Source: Octopus vulgaris (lineage: Eukaryota). From it: DNA of 64,000 nucleotides. The position numbers and the translations under genes were made by a program. This document shows, one piece after another, positions 42,919-56,699 of the stretch (position 1 is the first letter of the stretch; each line of letters begins with the position of its first letter). The notes under the pieces were generated by a model. The model had not been told where the DNA came from and did no database searches. It saw only the letters and a list, made by a program, of their open reading frames with translations. The DNA is taken from positions 113,088,001 to 113,152,000 of the forward strand of contig OX597815.1 of assembly GCA_951406725.2 (NCBI GenBank), in the 5' to 3' direction.

Positions 42919-43569
42919 TATAAGTGATCGTATATGGAAAAATGGAGACCACCTCCCCCTGTGGGATGAATTTCAAATAATAGACAGAGAACACCACTGG
43001 AAACAACGAAAACTAAAAGAAGCAGCACATACGCTAGGACACAACAACCTCCAAAGCAGACCGGGTGCAGACATGAGTAGCAAATGAGAACCGGTATTAA
43101 GTAAGGATAAGAAAATATTAGATCTATAAGCCCTAAAATTCACTCCATAATTGCCCACGGGCATATGGCGTAGTGGTTAAGAGCACGGGCTACTAACCCC
43201 AAGACTCCGAGTTCGATTCCAGGTAGTGACCTTAATAATTTACATAATTCCTCATCTCTTCAATGAAGAATTATTAGTTGTAACAATGAATCTATAATAG
43301 AATCTATAGTATAGATAAACACCATCAATGTCAATTGTTACTGCATCCATCAAACCGTTCCGATTTAAAGAATGTGAACGTTTCACTACGGTTGTCAAAT
43401 GGAATGCACATTAGCTGTTTGTTAATGCTCCTACTCTGTAAGCATTTACCTGAAGATTGTAATAGTGCAAAATTGTAGAAATATAAAGAATATAATGTGA
43501 AAATCAGTTTGGAATTTGATTGACTAATGTGCGTGTGCATACAATTTAAAAACCCTGTACTATATATGT

Positions 43570-43600
<31 letters not shown>

Positions 43601-44889
43601 AATACATGTGTAACAGGAATTAATTTATATAAAACATATGAGAATACTCATAATAGAGTAAGTTTAATTTAGCGCAATCAGCAGTTAACGCTTAATATAT
43701 ATTTTAACCTATAGTCTGTTTCGCGAACCTCATCAATAACTGCATAACACGTTCATTTGAGCTACTCTCTCGACGGGACACCTATACAGAGTAAACTAAA
43801 GTTTCAACAGTTGCTCTGTCAGATGATACCTCTAACATGAAACGGTGATGAATATAGATTTTCTGTATTATTTACATGTAGTCGAAAATATCCTGATCAC
43901 TTCAAAGATTATAACGTGGAATTGTCCAAAGCTAGTTGCAATGTCAGATTAGTTTGAACTTTAGATGTTTTAAAACAAAATATCAAGCTTTTAGATGTTT
44001 TGAAACAAAAGTATCCTCCTACCATCCGAAAATGAAGTTCATCAAATAGTTTATAATACAAAAAAAAATTACGAAACAGCTATATTATAAACATTTCGAG
44101 AAATAACGGAACCATATCTGTTGAGAGTCTCTTTATTCAAAAGGACAAATCAGGCTTTTTCACGCTTGAAAACAATTTTAAGAGCGTCGCCCTCCTTCCA
44201 GCTTAGATACTAAGTTTTCAAAGAGCGAAAAGGTGAAGAAAAGCATTAATGTAATGAGAACCACTTGTAAGCAGTTTGGGCGACTTGCCCACATTTAAAT
44301 GACATTTTGAGAATCACAAGACACTAGTATGACGATGGTGAGAATGACTGAATACCTTGTATAAAAATGTTCATAAGATAGGAATAAGAACATTTGCTTT
44401 AATTCTGAAAAATGTTATGTGGTTTTCATGTGGAATATTTCCTTCCGAGCTATTTGCTGAAGTTTTAGGAGATTCTCCTGATTATATTTTGTAATCGACC
44501 GTTAACATACAAGATCTATAATAACTACAGAGATGTGTGTGTATGTGTGTGTATGGTTGTGAGTGTGTGTGTGGGGGGGTATTTGTGTGTGTATATTTAA
44601 AAGATATTTGATGACCAATAGGGGATAGGACAAATCAGAATGCAATATACTGGTCTGATGTACATGAACAGAGATTAAGACACTGGGTAATATGCTAATA
44701 CACGATAGACGAGATTAAAACGTGATGTAACAAATACATTAATTAAAGCTGGGATTAAACATGCTGTAGCAACAGGCATCTGCCTTTGAGCTGTAAGTCT
44801 GAAAGATTTAACGTATCAATTAAGTTTGCTTTTTTTTTCAATATCTCGAAGCCGTCTAAATAAGTACCAGTAATTTTTAAGGTTGGATG

Positions 44890-45295
44890 ATATGTGACTG
44901 TGTGGTAAGAAGCTTGCTTTCCAACAATATGGTTCCGGGTTCAGTTCCATTGAGTGGAACCATGGGCAAATGTTTTCTACTATAGCCTCGGGCCGACCAA
45001 AGCATTGTGAGTGAATTTGGCGGACGGAAACTGAAAGAGGCCCATCGCATATGTGTGTCTGAACGTGTGTGTATGTGTGTGTTTGTGTTTGTATCTGTGT
45101 TTGTCCCTCACCACCGCTTGACAACAAGTGTTGGTGTATTTATGCCCTCGTAACTTTGCGGTTAGGCAAAAGAGCCCGATAGAATAAGTACCAAGCCTAG
45201 CAACAAAAAAAAGTAAGTACCGAGGTTCATTCATTCGACTAAAAATTCTTCAAGATGATGCCCCAGTATGGCTGAAACAAGTAAAAGTTAAAAGA
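44890..45295 (+). mobile_element. SINE family B
   Basis: Homologous to 47690-48108. Confidence 0.85.
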
Positions 45296-45620
45296 TATCC
45301 ATCTCCACTTCTCACTCTCTATCATACTTTATCTCTCTGCATCGCCTTATATCTACCTCCCTACTTGCCTACCTACCTATCATTTTAGCTATATTCCTCC
45401 CTACATACCTACCTACCTATCATTTTAGCCATATTCCTCTCTACTTACCAACCTACATACCTACCTACCTACCATCTTACCTATCATCCTCTTTGTTTAT
45501 ATATCTAGTTCTTGCAAGACCTTGACAGCTTTCAATAGATATATATTTATGAAATTATCATTTACTTAATGATTTTTTTCTGTTTCGTTATTCTAAATTT
45601 TAATTCTTCTTCTTATTCAG

Positions 45621-45873
45621 GTTCCGTCAAGGTTTCAAACTGGTCTTCTGCATTTTTCCTTGTGTACATGTACAAAAAAAGAGGCGCCCTGATCGTAATA
45701 TGACTCTTTCAATGAGTATGTCGGATACAAAGGGTGTCAACCGAAACGGCTCGTTGATGCACACTACCATGGAGAATATGGAGGAATCATACAATAGTCC
45801 GGAAACAATTCAAGAAACTGATTGGAAGCAAAATAGTAAAGACGATCCAGCGGCAGACGATGAATATTTGTAG
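45621..45873 (+). CDS. TKRPR: Tachykinin receptor last coding exon (helix 8 and C-terminal tail)
   Basis: ttcttattcAG acceptor; g completes the Arg codon, then FRQGFKLVFCIFPCVHVQKKRRPDRNMTLSMSMSDTKGVNRNGSLMHTTMENMEESYNSPETIQETDWKQNSKDDPAADDEYL-TAG; NARFRQGF matches the NxRFRxGF helix 8 signature; absent from the ORF track. Confidence 0.93.
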
Positions 45874-45912
45874 GAAGCAGAAAAACGACAGGGAAGAAAA
45901 TGACAGAAATGA

Positions 45913-45982
45913 AATAAAGAAAGAAAATTATATTTAAAAGAAAAAAATGACGCTAAAATATAGTAAAAATAATAATAATAAA
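45913..45982 (+). promoter_or_regulatory. Candidate polyadenylation signals downstream of the receptor stop
   Basis: AATAAA at 45913-45918 and 45977-45982; A-rich context makes chance occurrence likely. Confidence 0.25.
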
Positions 45983-46913
45983 GGGAGATCACTTCCTAAG
46001 CCGAGATACATAGAGACACTTGCTTTAGCCATTGAATGAGAGTAAACATCGAGAGTAGAGAGTCTAGTAGATAAATGTGAGAGCAGGTGAATGAGTGAGT
46101 GTGGGTGCAGGTGAATGAGTGTAAGGACAGATAAGAGAGTGAGTATGCGGGTAACTAAAAGGACATGTGTAAGGAGAGAGTATGATTTTGAGTGGAGGAA
46201 TATGAAAACCTCCAAGTGAGCGTGATGGCAGGTAAGTGTGACGACAGTGATTGTGAGGAAATGTAAGCGTAGGTAAGTGAATATGAGGGTAGATGAATGA
46301 GGAAAGACATGTGAGTGCGAGTGAGGCTGGGTAAATAAGTGAGTGTGGATGAGTGGATGTAAGAACAGATGGCTCTGAGTGAGTGAATGAGCGAATAAGT
46401 GAGTGAGTGAGTGAGTGAGAAATGAGTGGGAAAGTTAGTGACTGAGTAGATGTATGTATGAGAGAGAGAGAGAGAGATTGGGTGAGGAATGGGTCAGTGA
46501 ATGACAGGTAAATGAGTAAGCAAAGGGGTTAAAGCATAAATAGGATTCAATGAGTGAGTAGGGATCAATGAGTGATTGAGTAATAGAGTGAGAGATAGGG
46601 GATATTACTATATTTAAAAGGATATTTTTATTCGTGAGTAAATCAACGCATGCATCTAACCACATGTCTTGGCGCTTGCATATACACGCACGCATGCACA
46701 CACACACACTCAGACACACATACAAACAGAAACACACACAAACACACATACACACATATATACATGTAGACAAACACACACTCACACGCACACACATATG
46801 CGCATGTGTGTATATTGTGTATGTATGTATTTTATCGACTTCATCTCAGTGCGCGTTTGTGAATGCATGTGTATTTGTATATGTATGTGAATTTATAGGC
46901 ATAAGTATAAATG

Positions 46914-46947
<34 letters not shown>

Positions 46948-47107
46948 GTATACAGACACACGCACATATATATATATGTGTGTGTGTGTATGTATATATG
47001 TATATATATAAGCATAAACAAGTAATATTTATTAAATCTAATTCATATATATTTGTGTCTGAGTATTATATACATATGCATATATAACCCTATATTACAT
47101 TTATGTA

Positions 47108-47276
<169 letters not shown>

Positions 47277-47579
47277 TTTCATTAATCTTCATGAAAAAAA
47301 CGAAAATAATTTATTTAATTACTTCTGAAATGTTACTTTTGTACTGCAAAATATCCAGTGTTAATTTGCAATCAGATATGACAACTCTTCAGTCTTACGA
47401 TAATAGATATGCAAATAGCTTATTCAAATATTCTGTATATAATTGGCTAAATACTTCTTTCAAAATAAATATTACTTTTTAGCTAATTAAACATATAGAA
47501 TTTTTTGTTATATGAAAAGTCAGATATAGATACCGCCCATACTGCATTGTACACACGCATACACACATCGATATATAAC

Positions 47580-47616
<37 letters not shown>

Positions 47617-47689
47617 ATGTATACATACTTTCCTACATGCATACATATGTGTGTGCGTATGTGTGGCATGTAGCTTGCTTACGAACCAC

Positions 47690-48108
47690 ATGGCTGTGTG
47701 GTAAGCAGCATGCTTACCAACCACATGGTTCCGGGTTCAGTCCCTCTGCGTGGCGCCTTGGGCAAGTGTCTTCTACTATAGCCTCGGGCCTACCAAAGCT
47801 TTGTGAGTTGATTTGGTAGACGGACACTGAAAGAAGCCCGTCGTATATAAGAATATGTATATATATATATATGTGTGTGTGTGTGTTTGTGTGTCTGTGT
47901 TTGTCCCCCCCCCCCCACATCGCTTGACAACCGATACTGATGTGTTTACGCCCCCGTAACTTAGCTGTTCAGCAAAAGCGACCGATAGAATAAGTACTAG
48001 GCTTACAAAGAATAGGTCCTGGTGTCAATTTGCTCGACGAAAGGCAGTACTCCAGCATGGCTACAGTCAAATGACTAAAACAAGTAAAAGGGTAAAAGAG
48101 TAAAGAGA
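47690..48108 (+). mobile_element. SINE family B
   Basis: tggctgtgtggtaag...gggttcagtccc...ccttgggcaagtgtc...aaacaagtaaaag. Confidence 0.88.
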
Positions 48109-48144
48109 ATATATGTGTGTGTATGGATATATATATATATATAT

Positions 48145-48342
48145 AAAATGTGACCGCGTGTGTACCGTTGACGATTTTTTTTTCCTCCGTCTTCCCTTCT
48201 CTGGATCTTTCCTTTTCCTATGTTTCTAACGAAGAGCTCCGCTCGAAACGTTAAACTCTCCTTCTTCCCTTCCTTCCTGAGCGTCCAATGATACTATATT
48301 TGTTCCAAGTCCTCGCGTTGTTGTGTTTTCATGTTTGGATTA

Positions 48343-48345
<3 letters not shown>
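48145..48345 (+). mobile_element. Second copy of the 200-bp hammerhead repeat (core mutated to CTAACGA at 48226)
   Basis: Near-identical to 16967-17164. Confidence 0.85.
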
Positions 48346-48435
<90 letters not shown>

Positions 48436-48436
48436 A

Positions 48437-48488
<52 letters not shown>

Positions 48489-49016
48489 AATATGTGTGTG
48501 AGTGTGTGTATGCTTTTTGCATGTCGGTATGTATATGTGTGTGTGTGTGTGAGAAAGACTGAAATAGAAACAGAGAGTAAGCAGAAGAAACTAGTGCACG
48601 TGAGTTTAGTATGCAAAACGATTCCTTGGTGGATTTTTCTTCAACCCTGTCGCGCATGTTTATGTATATATATATATACATATATGTTTGTGTGTGTGCG
48701 TATGTGTGTATGTATGTATGTATGTATGTATCCATGCCTGTATGTGTCTATGTGTGCGTATGTGCGCATGCGTGTACATAGTGGTGGGACTGAAAATATG
48801 TTTATAATTTAAGGCGTAAATTACATGAACTGGCACAGTGTCGATACTGTGAAAATGGAAAACGAGTGTGGGGAAATAATTGCAAATTGTTCATTAATCA
48901 GTTTTATTTCTTATAATTAGTGATTCCAAAGAGTGAGGAAACATCTCAGCTTACTGAGAGAAAATTAAATGTCTTTCTCTCTGCCGCTCTCTTTCTCTCT
49001 CTCTCTCTCTCTCTCA

Positions 49017-49053
<37 letters not shown>

Positions 49054-49211
49054 TCACGCTATCTGAAAGTTTGACTTTAATTTGGATAATAAATATATAT
49101 ATGCTTCTGAATGTATGTGTGTGCTTGTGTATATATATATATGTACAAATGCATATATATATATGATTCGTGTATATGTGTTTAGCTGTCTCTCGCCTGT
49201 CTGTCAGTCTG

Positions 49212-49247
<36 letters not shown>

Positions 49248-49248
49248 C

Positions 49249-49279
<31 letters not shown>

Positions 49280-49453
49280 TAATATATATGTCTATAATAT
49301 ATAGATAATATATATATATATGTATATATATAATATATATATATGTATATATGTATATATATATATATATAATATATATGTATATATAATATATATAATG
49401 TATATATATATAATATATATATGTATATATATATAATATATATATTATATATA

Positions 49454-49513
<60 letters not shown>

Positions 49514-49598
49514 ATCATGAATAGCGATAGCGAAACCGGTCGCTATATTAAAAATTATGTTAAAACTATGTAAGTATGCGTATTTTCCTTTTTTAACT

Positions 49599-49635
<37 letters not shown>

Positions 49636-49708
49636 CGTACATATATCTCTTTCTCTCTAGTTTCAGCTCAGAGCTGCGGCCGTTATATATATATAATGTA
49701 TATATATA

Positions 49709-49815
<107 letters not shown>

Positions 49816-51904
49816 GAGAGGAGGAGAAACAGAGAGGCAGGTAGATAGGAGAGAGAGGGAGACAGGGAGACAGAAACATATATACACAAACCAAGGAACG
49901 AGCCTCTACGTGGTCGCTCGACATGCCAGAAACAGCAGCCAAATCTAAAAATTAGAAAGGTATGTTGGATAATATAGTCATAGATATACACTATGTCTGA
50001 CAAAAAGACTATTGTCACGGTTAAAACACTTTTGATCATATGTCCCAACTGGGACTAAACAACAACATCTACACACTTAACTTGCTTTGAGCAACAGGTT
50101 TAGATATTTGTGTGAGGCGAAGTGGAAAGATAAACTTGAATAGTCGGTAGAAGACAACAAGGAAAGTTGAGATATGTAGATGAACTGAAATTTAAGCAGA
50201 GGCATGTTATATAATCATGTCCAAATATAGGTAGGGATACAGTCTTGATCATCTTCAAACAAACACAAAGCGTCAACGAAAGAGTGATCAGTTTTTGTGT
50301 CTATCAGACGTAACAGTCTGTGTAGTGCATATAACTTTCTTATATGAGGTGTTGAACTCAGCACTGTAAGTTAACGAAACACGCATCAATTATATTCTTT
50401 TCTACTCTAGACACAAGGCTCGAAATTTGAGGGGGGGGGGCCAATCGATTAGATCGACCCCAGTACACAACTGGTACTGAATTTATCGACCCCGTAAGGA
50501 TGAAAGGCAAAGTCGACCTCGGCGGAATTTGAACGCAAAATGTAAAGACAGACCGCTGAACATTTCGCCCGGCGTGCTAACGTTTCTGCCAGCTCGCCGC
50601 CTTACACATCAATTATATTATGCTACCACTGCATACATCAGCAAATTCGTGATATCGAGAGGGTTTCTTTGCTGTCAGTCTAGAAATAGCAAACAATTCT
50701 CCCTGAAATTTCACCCTACCATCTTAAAAAGAAATAATACCACATTAAATAATATAATCCCAAATACATTATACCACAAAGAAAACTTTTCAGTGCTGTT
50801 ATATCTCGAACCTCTGCTAGGTTTGTTGGGGCTAAGCAGCAACCGTAGTGTCAGTGAACAATAGCCACCTTGTGATATCTAGTTGAAGCTCCAATATGAT
50901 CGTTCAACTTGCAAGAAATAGCAGTCACATCTTCCTAAGGGAAGGACGCATTAGATAAAGTAGTCCTACATCCGTGAAGGCGCATGGCCTAAGGGTTAGC
51001 CTGTTTCACTCAAGATCGCCATGCACTGTGTTCTTGAGCAAAACATGTCATTTCAAGTTGCTCCAGTCCTTCTTTCGATCAGTGGGAAATGTTGGCCTGC
51101 TCACCTAGCCAGCAGGGTGGCGTCATTTGAAGGTTAAAACGATGCAAAAGCACATTGTCACCAGCGATGTGTAACAACATCTGATAATCTGGTCGGTCAC
51201 GTGGTCACATCTGTCCCTATAGAACGAATGGTGTTCTGTTGCTGGGACACGTTTGATGATATATCTACACGATGTTGTCTCACCTGGAACTAAACAGCAA
51301 AAAAAGTATCAGTTCACGTGACTAGAAATAGAAATTACAATCGGTACTACTTGTAACTATGTGGACTGGACACAGCGCAGAGACATGGGTGAGACACGAA
51401 CTACTAATTCTGTGGATGGCTAGCCAGCTGGTTATTTCAATTCCATCATCTACAATTCTCAGTCATTTTAAAGAATTTTAGTAAACAAAACAGGCTGTTG
51501 TAGTTTAACCCCAGGCCAGCCCTGATCGAACAGACCTACAATCAAAGGCTTTCTGACTATGATTATCGCAACTTTTCCAGCAAACTTATTTCAGACGACA
51601 TTATCTAATGTGTCCTTTTCTTTTTCAAAAAAACAATTACATGTAATTTGGCTGCTGTTTCTAGCATACAGAGCAACCACATAGAGGCTTTTTCGTTGGC
51701 TGGTGGCGAAATAAGTTTGGTCCAAATGATCGAAACTATAGAATTCTTTTGCTAGATGCATTTCATAAAAAGTAGTAATAAGCAACAGAACTTGAACCTT
51801 GCATTGCCAAACAATACGTGGCTTCAATTCTGTTTGTGGATCTGGGGTTTATTTATGTCTCAATTACATCCCCAGTTGTGTGTATATGTGTATGTGTGTA
51901 CGGG

Positions 51905-51982
<78 letters not shown>

Positions 51983-52477
51983 TGTGTGTGTGGCCTCTTC
52001 CAATGGGGTCCGTTTTGAAAAGAGAATGCATGTACTACATGTGGGTGAGTGGTAGTATGTGTGAATGTATGTGTTGTGTTAGCTGAAAAAGAGGGTGTTA
52101 CAAGTAGATGATGGCCCCTCCGTCGGTCTTGATGAGGACATTCAGTTATTCAATCATTTGATCATACCTGCTAATCGTTCGATTAACGTGGAAGTGACTG
52201 AATATTCTACAGACACATGTATAGTATTTATGTAATTGTTGAGCAAAATTAGCTTGACTCACGTGACACGCACGATCCTTTGAATTCCATTCACAATCAA
52301 ACCGACAGGCTTCGAAACAGTTTCTGTCGATCCAATTTCATTCACAAAGCTTGTACCGATCCAAAGTTACAGTAGAAAGGCACTTGCCCAACATGTCGCA
52401 CAATATAATCGAACTCGAGTGAACTTCTTAACCATTAGGCCATGCCCCGGTCCAGATAAATAATATTAATGTTTTAT

Positions 52478-52866
52478 ATTCTAGGCACAAGCCCGAAATT
52501 TTGAGGGAGTGGGCCAGTCGATTAGATCGACCCCAGTACACACACCTGCACTTAATTTATCGACCCCGAAAGGATGAAAGGCAAAGTCGACCTCGGCGGA
52601 ATTTGATCTCAGGGCGTAAAGACAGAAGAAATACCTATTTCTTAACTATCCACAAGGAGCTAAACACAGAGAGGACAAACAAGGACAGACAAACGGATTA
52701 AGTCGATTATATCGACCCCAGTGCGTTACTGGTACTTAATTTATCGACCCCGAAAGGATGAAAGGCAAAGTCAATCTCGGCGGAATTTGAACTCAGAACG
52801 TAACGGCAGACGAAATACGGCTATGCATTTTGCCCGGCGTGCTAACGTTTCTGCCAACTCGCCGTC
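52478..52866 (-). mobile_element. Head-to-tail pair of family A SINEs
   Basis: Full copy 52636-52866 joined to a 5'-truncated copy 52478-52635 that has a different tail. Confidence 0.88.
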
Positions 52867-53946
52867 TTAGATAAATAATATTAATGTAACCGCAATGTCC
52901 TCCAACCAGTGTATCATTTCACTTGTCATTGAGGCTCCACAGTTAGTCAGGGACTTAGTCTTTGCTGTACCAAGCGTGCTCATTGCTTGTTAACATAGAT
53001 CACTAGTTGATTAAGTCAAACCCACAGTGGTTTATCGAATCTGGAAGAACGAGAAGTAAAGTTTATCTCGGCGGAATTTGAACTCAGAATGAAAAGAATC
53101 AAAATAAACACTGCTAGAATTTTATCTTTTTCGCGATTCCTCTAATTAGTTAATTCATCACCCTAGCTCATATATCCAAAACCATTTCCAGTGCAATCTT
53201 CACATTTAATTTGTACATGTATTCCTGTATTTAAATTTCCACGATTCGCTTTTGATTTCAATTTCCATAAAGATCGGTTTAACCTTTTTTAGTCTGTTGA
53301 AGTGATAAAAACAGTGAATTAGCAAATAGAATGCCTTGCGGTTTTGCTCCGGTTCTCAGTGTTCAGGGTTCAAATACCGCTGAGATCAATTTATAATAAG
53401 TACTGTAGATGGTTCTTTTTTTTTTCTTTTTCTTTCTTTCTTTTTTGTTTTTGTCTCTTTCTCTCTCGGAATCAGTTAATAGCACAGTAAGAATGAGCTT
53501 GGTAGCGAGAGGAAGGGGCATTCATTGTATACCCCTTTCTTTATAAATGGAGAATAGTTAAAAGAGGGTCTAGCATAACACCCTCTTCCCATATAAAACG
53601 TGAGGTGTTACTGGCGCCATCCGAGAACGGCCCAATGCGCAGCACAATACGGAACGACAATTAAAGAACGGCGGTTAAATAAATCTCAATAATATAATGG
53701 ATATCACAGAGAATTCCATCCTTCATGCAAAACAAAACAGTAAATTTTACCTCACGCTTAAATACGCAATAATCTTATTCAAATGTAGACTACCACAGAT
53801 TTCGCTTGTTTTGTGGGGTTTTTTTTTTTTTTTTCATAGTTTTCCAATGACTGATATCTCATTTCTGTGCCAAAACTTTAACTGAGGAAATAACATTGTA
53901 TTTCGGGGTTACACTGACTTCAAGTGAACCAACTAGCAAATAAGTG

Positions 53947-53988
<42 letters not shown>

Positions 53989-54049
53989 CACATATATATA
54001 AATACATTTTATATATATATAAGTATATATATATATATATACGATTGTG

Positions 54050-54080
<31 letters not shown>

Positions 54081-54375
54081 TATAATAATAATATGAGAGA
54101 ATATTATTCCAAACTTACAGGGAAAAATTCAATTTAGAAATACTAAATCAAATTTCACAAAATATAACTATTGCAATAAAAGTTTGATAGTGACTTCAAA
54201 GTTTCGCATTGCACACCTTCCTCAAACTGCCGAAACATCGAAGTCAATGTCACCCTCTTGTTTTTCTTTGCAAAAGTTAATAAATATGTACTCTACTAAA
54301 AAGTACTGAGTAATCCTTCAGTTTAATATTAAAATGATTTTATAAATAACTTGACATAAAACAGATTATATATAG

Positions 54376-54768
54376 ATGTGTGTTAAGAAGCTTGCTTCCT
54401 AACCACAAGGTTCCGGGTTCAGTCTCACTACATGGCTCCTTGGACTAATGTTTTGTACTATAGCCTCGGGCCGACCAAAGTCTTGTGACTGGATTTGGTA
54501 AACGGAAACTGATAGAAACCAGTCTTATATATATTTATATATACACACACGTATATATATATATATAATGTGTGTGTATCTTTGTGTCCGTGTTTGTACT
54601 CACCACAGTTTGACAACCGGTGTTGGTGCGTTTACGTTTCCAATACGGCAAAAGAGACAATAAAATAATTACTAGGCTTCAACAAAATGTACTTGGGATG
54701 ATTCATTCGACTAAAAATCCTACAAGGCGATACTCCTGCATAGCCGCAGTCCAGTGACTAAAACAAAC
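54376..54768 (+). mobile_element. SINE family B, diverged
   Basis: Homologous head, core and tail blocks. Confidence 0.8.
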
Positions 54769-54832
54769 ATATATATATATATATATATAAATATATATAC
54801 ATATATACATATATATATACATATATATATAC

Positions 54833-54884
<52 letters not shown>

Positions 54885-55059
54885 ATACATATATATATAT
54901 ACACATATATGTATGTACATACATACACACAAACACGTACACACAAACACAGTGTATAAATGCAAATTGGACAGTTAATCGTGAATACATTTTTACAACT
55001 GTCGAAATCTTGCTTTGTATGCGCGTGTGTGTGTGTGCATATTTATGTATATATATATA

Positions 55060-55494
<435 letters not shown>

Positions 55495-56699
55495 GGATAG
55501 ATGGATACAAAAGGGAGAGGCTGGTGGGTGATAGAAAGATTGCATTGTGAGAAGGTAGGAAAATATATGAAAAGAATGCTAAGATACAGAGGAATGTAAG
55601 GCCAATTTGTGTGTATATGCCTCCATTTGCGTGTATGTGTGTGTACTTGACTATTTATCTTTGGGTGTCTCCTTGTATATGTGTGCGTGCGTACGTATGC
55701 GAGAAATAACAAAGGAAAACTGTATAAACGATGTGGAAAAAAAAGACGAACTAATGGAGCAGATGAAAAGATAATTAAAGGACGAAAAAATGAAAATGTG
55801 GAAAGATGACAAAGAAAAAAAAAGACATAACTTAAATAAAGAAAACTAGAAAAAAAGAACATGAAAATATGAAGAAACTATTAACTGAAGACAGGATCTG
55901 AGCTGGTCGAAATATTTATTCATATTTTGGTTTCAGTGTTGTTTTTTGGCCCCTTACCTTTACCTAAAACCACAACTACCATCCCCTACCCTACTGCTCA
56001 TCTTCAGCTCGATCACATTTCTGAACACCGACAACAACAGCACAATCAACCTGTCCAACACAAAGCCTAATCCAAATCCAACCACCACCACCGAATACTG
56101 GAAACATGAATTCTTGTAATGTTGTCGTTACTGCTTTTATTTTCCTCGGAGTCATGAAACGAAAACGTCCTATGTGCAAATGATTCCTCCTCATCATCTT
56201 CGTCCCTTTCCTCCCCTTCCTCCTCCTTCTCCTCCTCCTCCTCGGTAGACTAACATATATATATATTTATTGTTGTACTGGTGAGGTGATGAGAATCCTC
56301 AGCAAGTGTGTCGTTGCAACCCGCTGATTAGCGCAGTAACTCGTTTTTCAGGAAGCTTGCACACTTCCACTCGTCCTCTCTTCATTACATCTGCTGATTA
56401 ACAAGAAAATATATTCTCAAACTGTTAATGTAAAGAAAAATGTAGAATTCCTGGTAAAATAATATCTTCTCATTATTTTCTTCATCAGGAAATTTCATTA
56501 AACTGAAATATATATATATATATTTATTATTCATTTATTTATTTATCTCGGATATGAAAAGTACATAAATTTTTTAATTTTATTTTTGTCACAAAAGAGT
56601 TACATATTTGTGGACATACATACAAATGTTCAAGACTAACAAATTATTAACAATGCTCTCAACGAACGATTTTACACCCTTACAGACCACAGTATTGAT

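Larger units (their letters stand above)
42010..43240 (+). mobile_element. Penelope-like element: inverted terminal repeat (42010-42243), GIY-YIG C-terminal body interrupted by a SINE, and tRNA-like 3' segment
   Basis: LPYVRGLSEKIQKIC...CVYYI..CGRLYKDETCRSIKIKLDEH...IDKS [SINE] ISDRIW...WKQRKLKEA; 24-nt inverted overlap between 42220-42243 and 43216-43239. Confidence 0.85.

Noticed and set aside
43159-43230. Possible tRNA gene
   Set aside because: A and B boxes are present but there is no good acceptor stem, the apparent ACT anticodon is atypical, and it is embedded in a TE.
43620-44520. Possible additional coding remnant on the minus strand
   Set aside because: Could not be assigned to any family by eye; frames are interrupted.
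46050-46600. Purine-rich region after the receptor stop
   Set aside because: Degenerate (GAGT)n-type low-complexity sequence with no specific structure.
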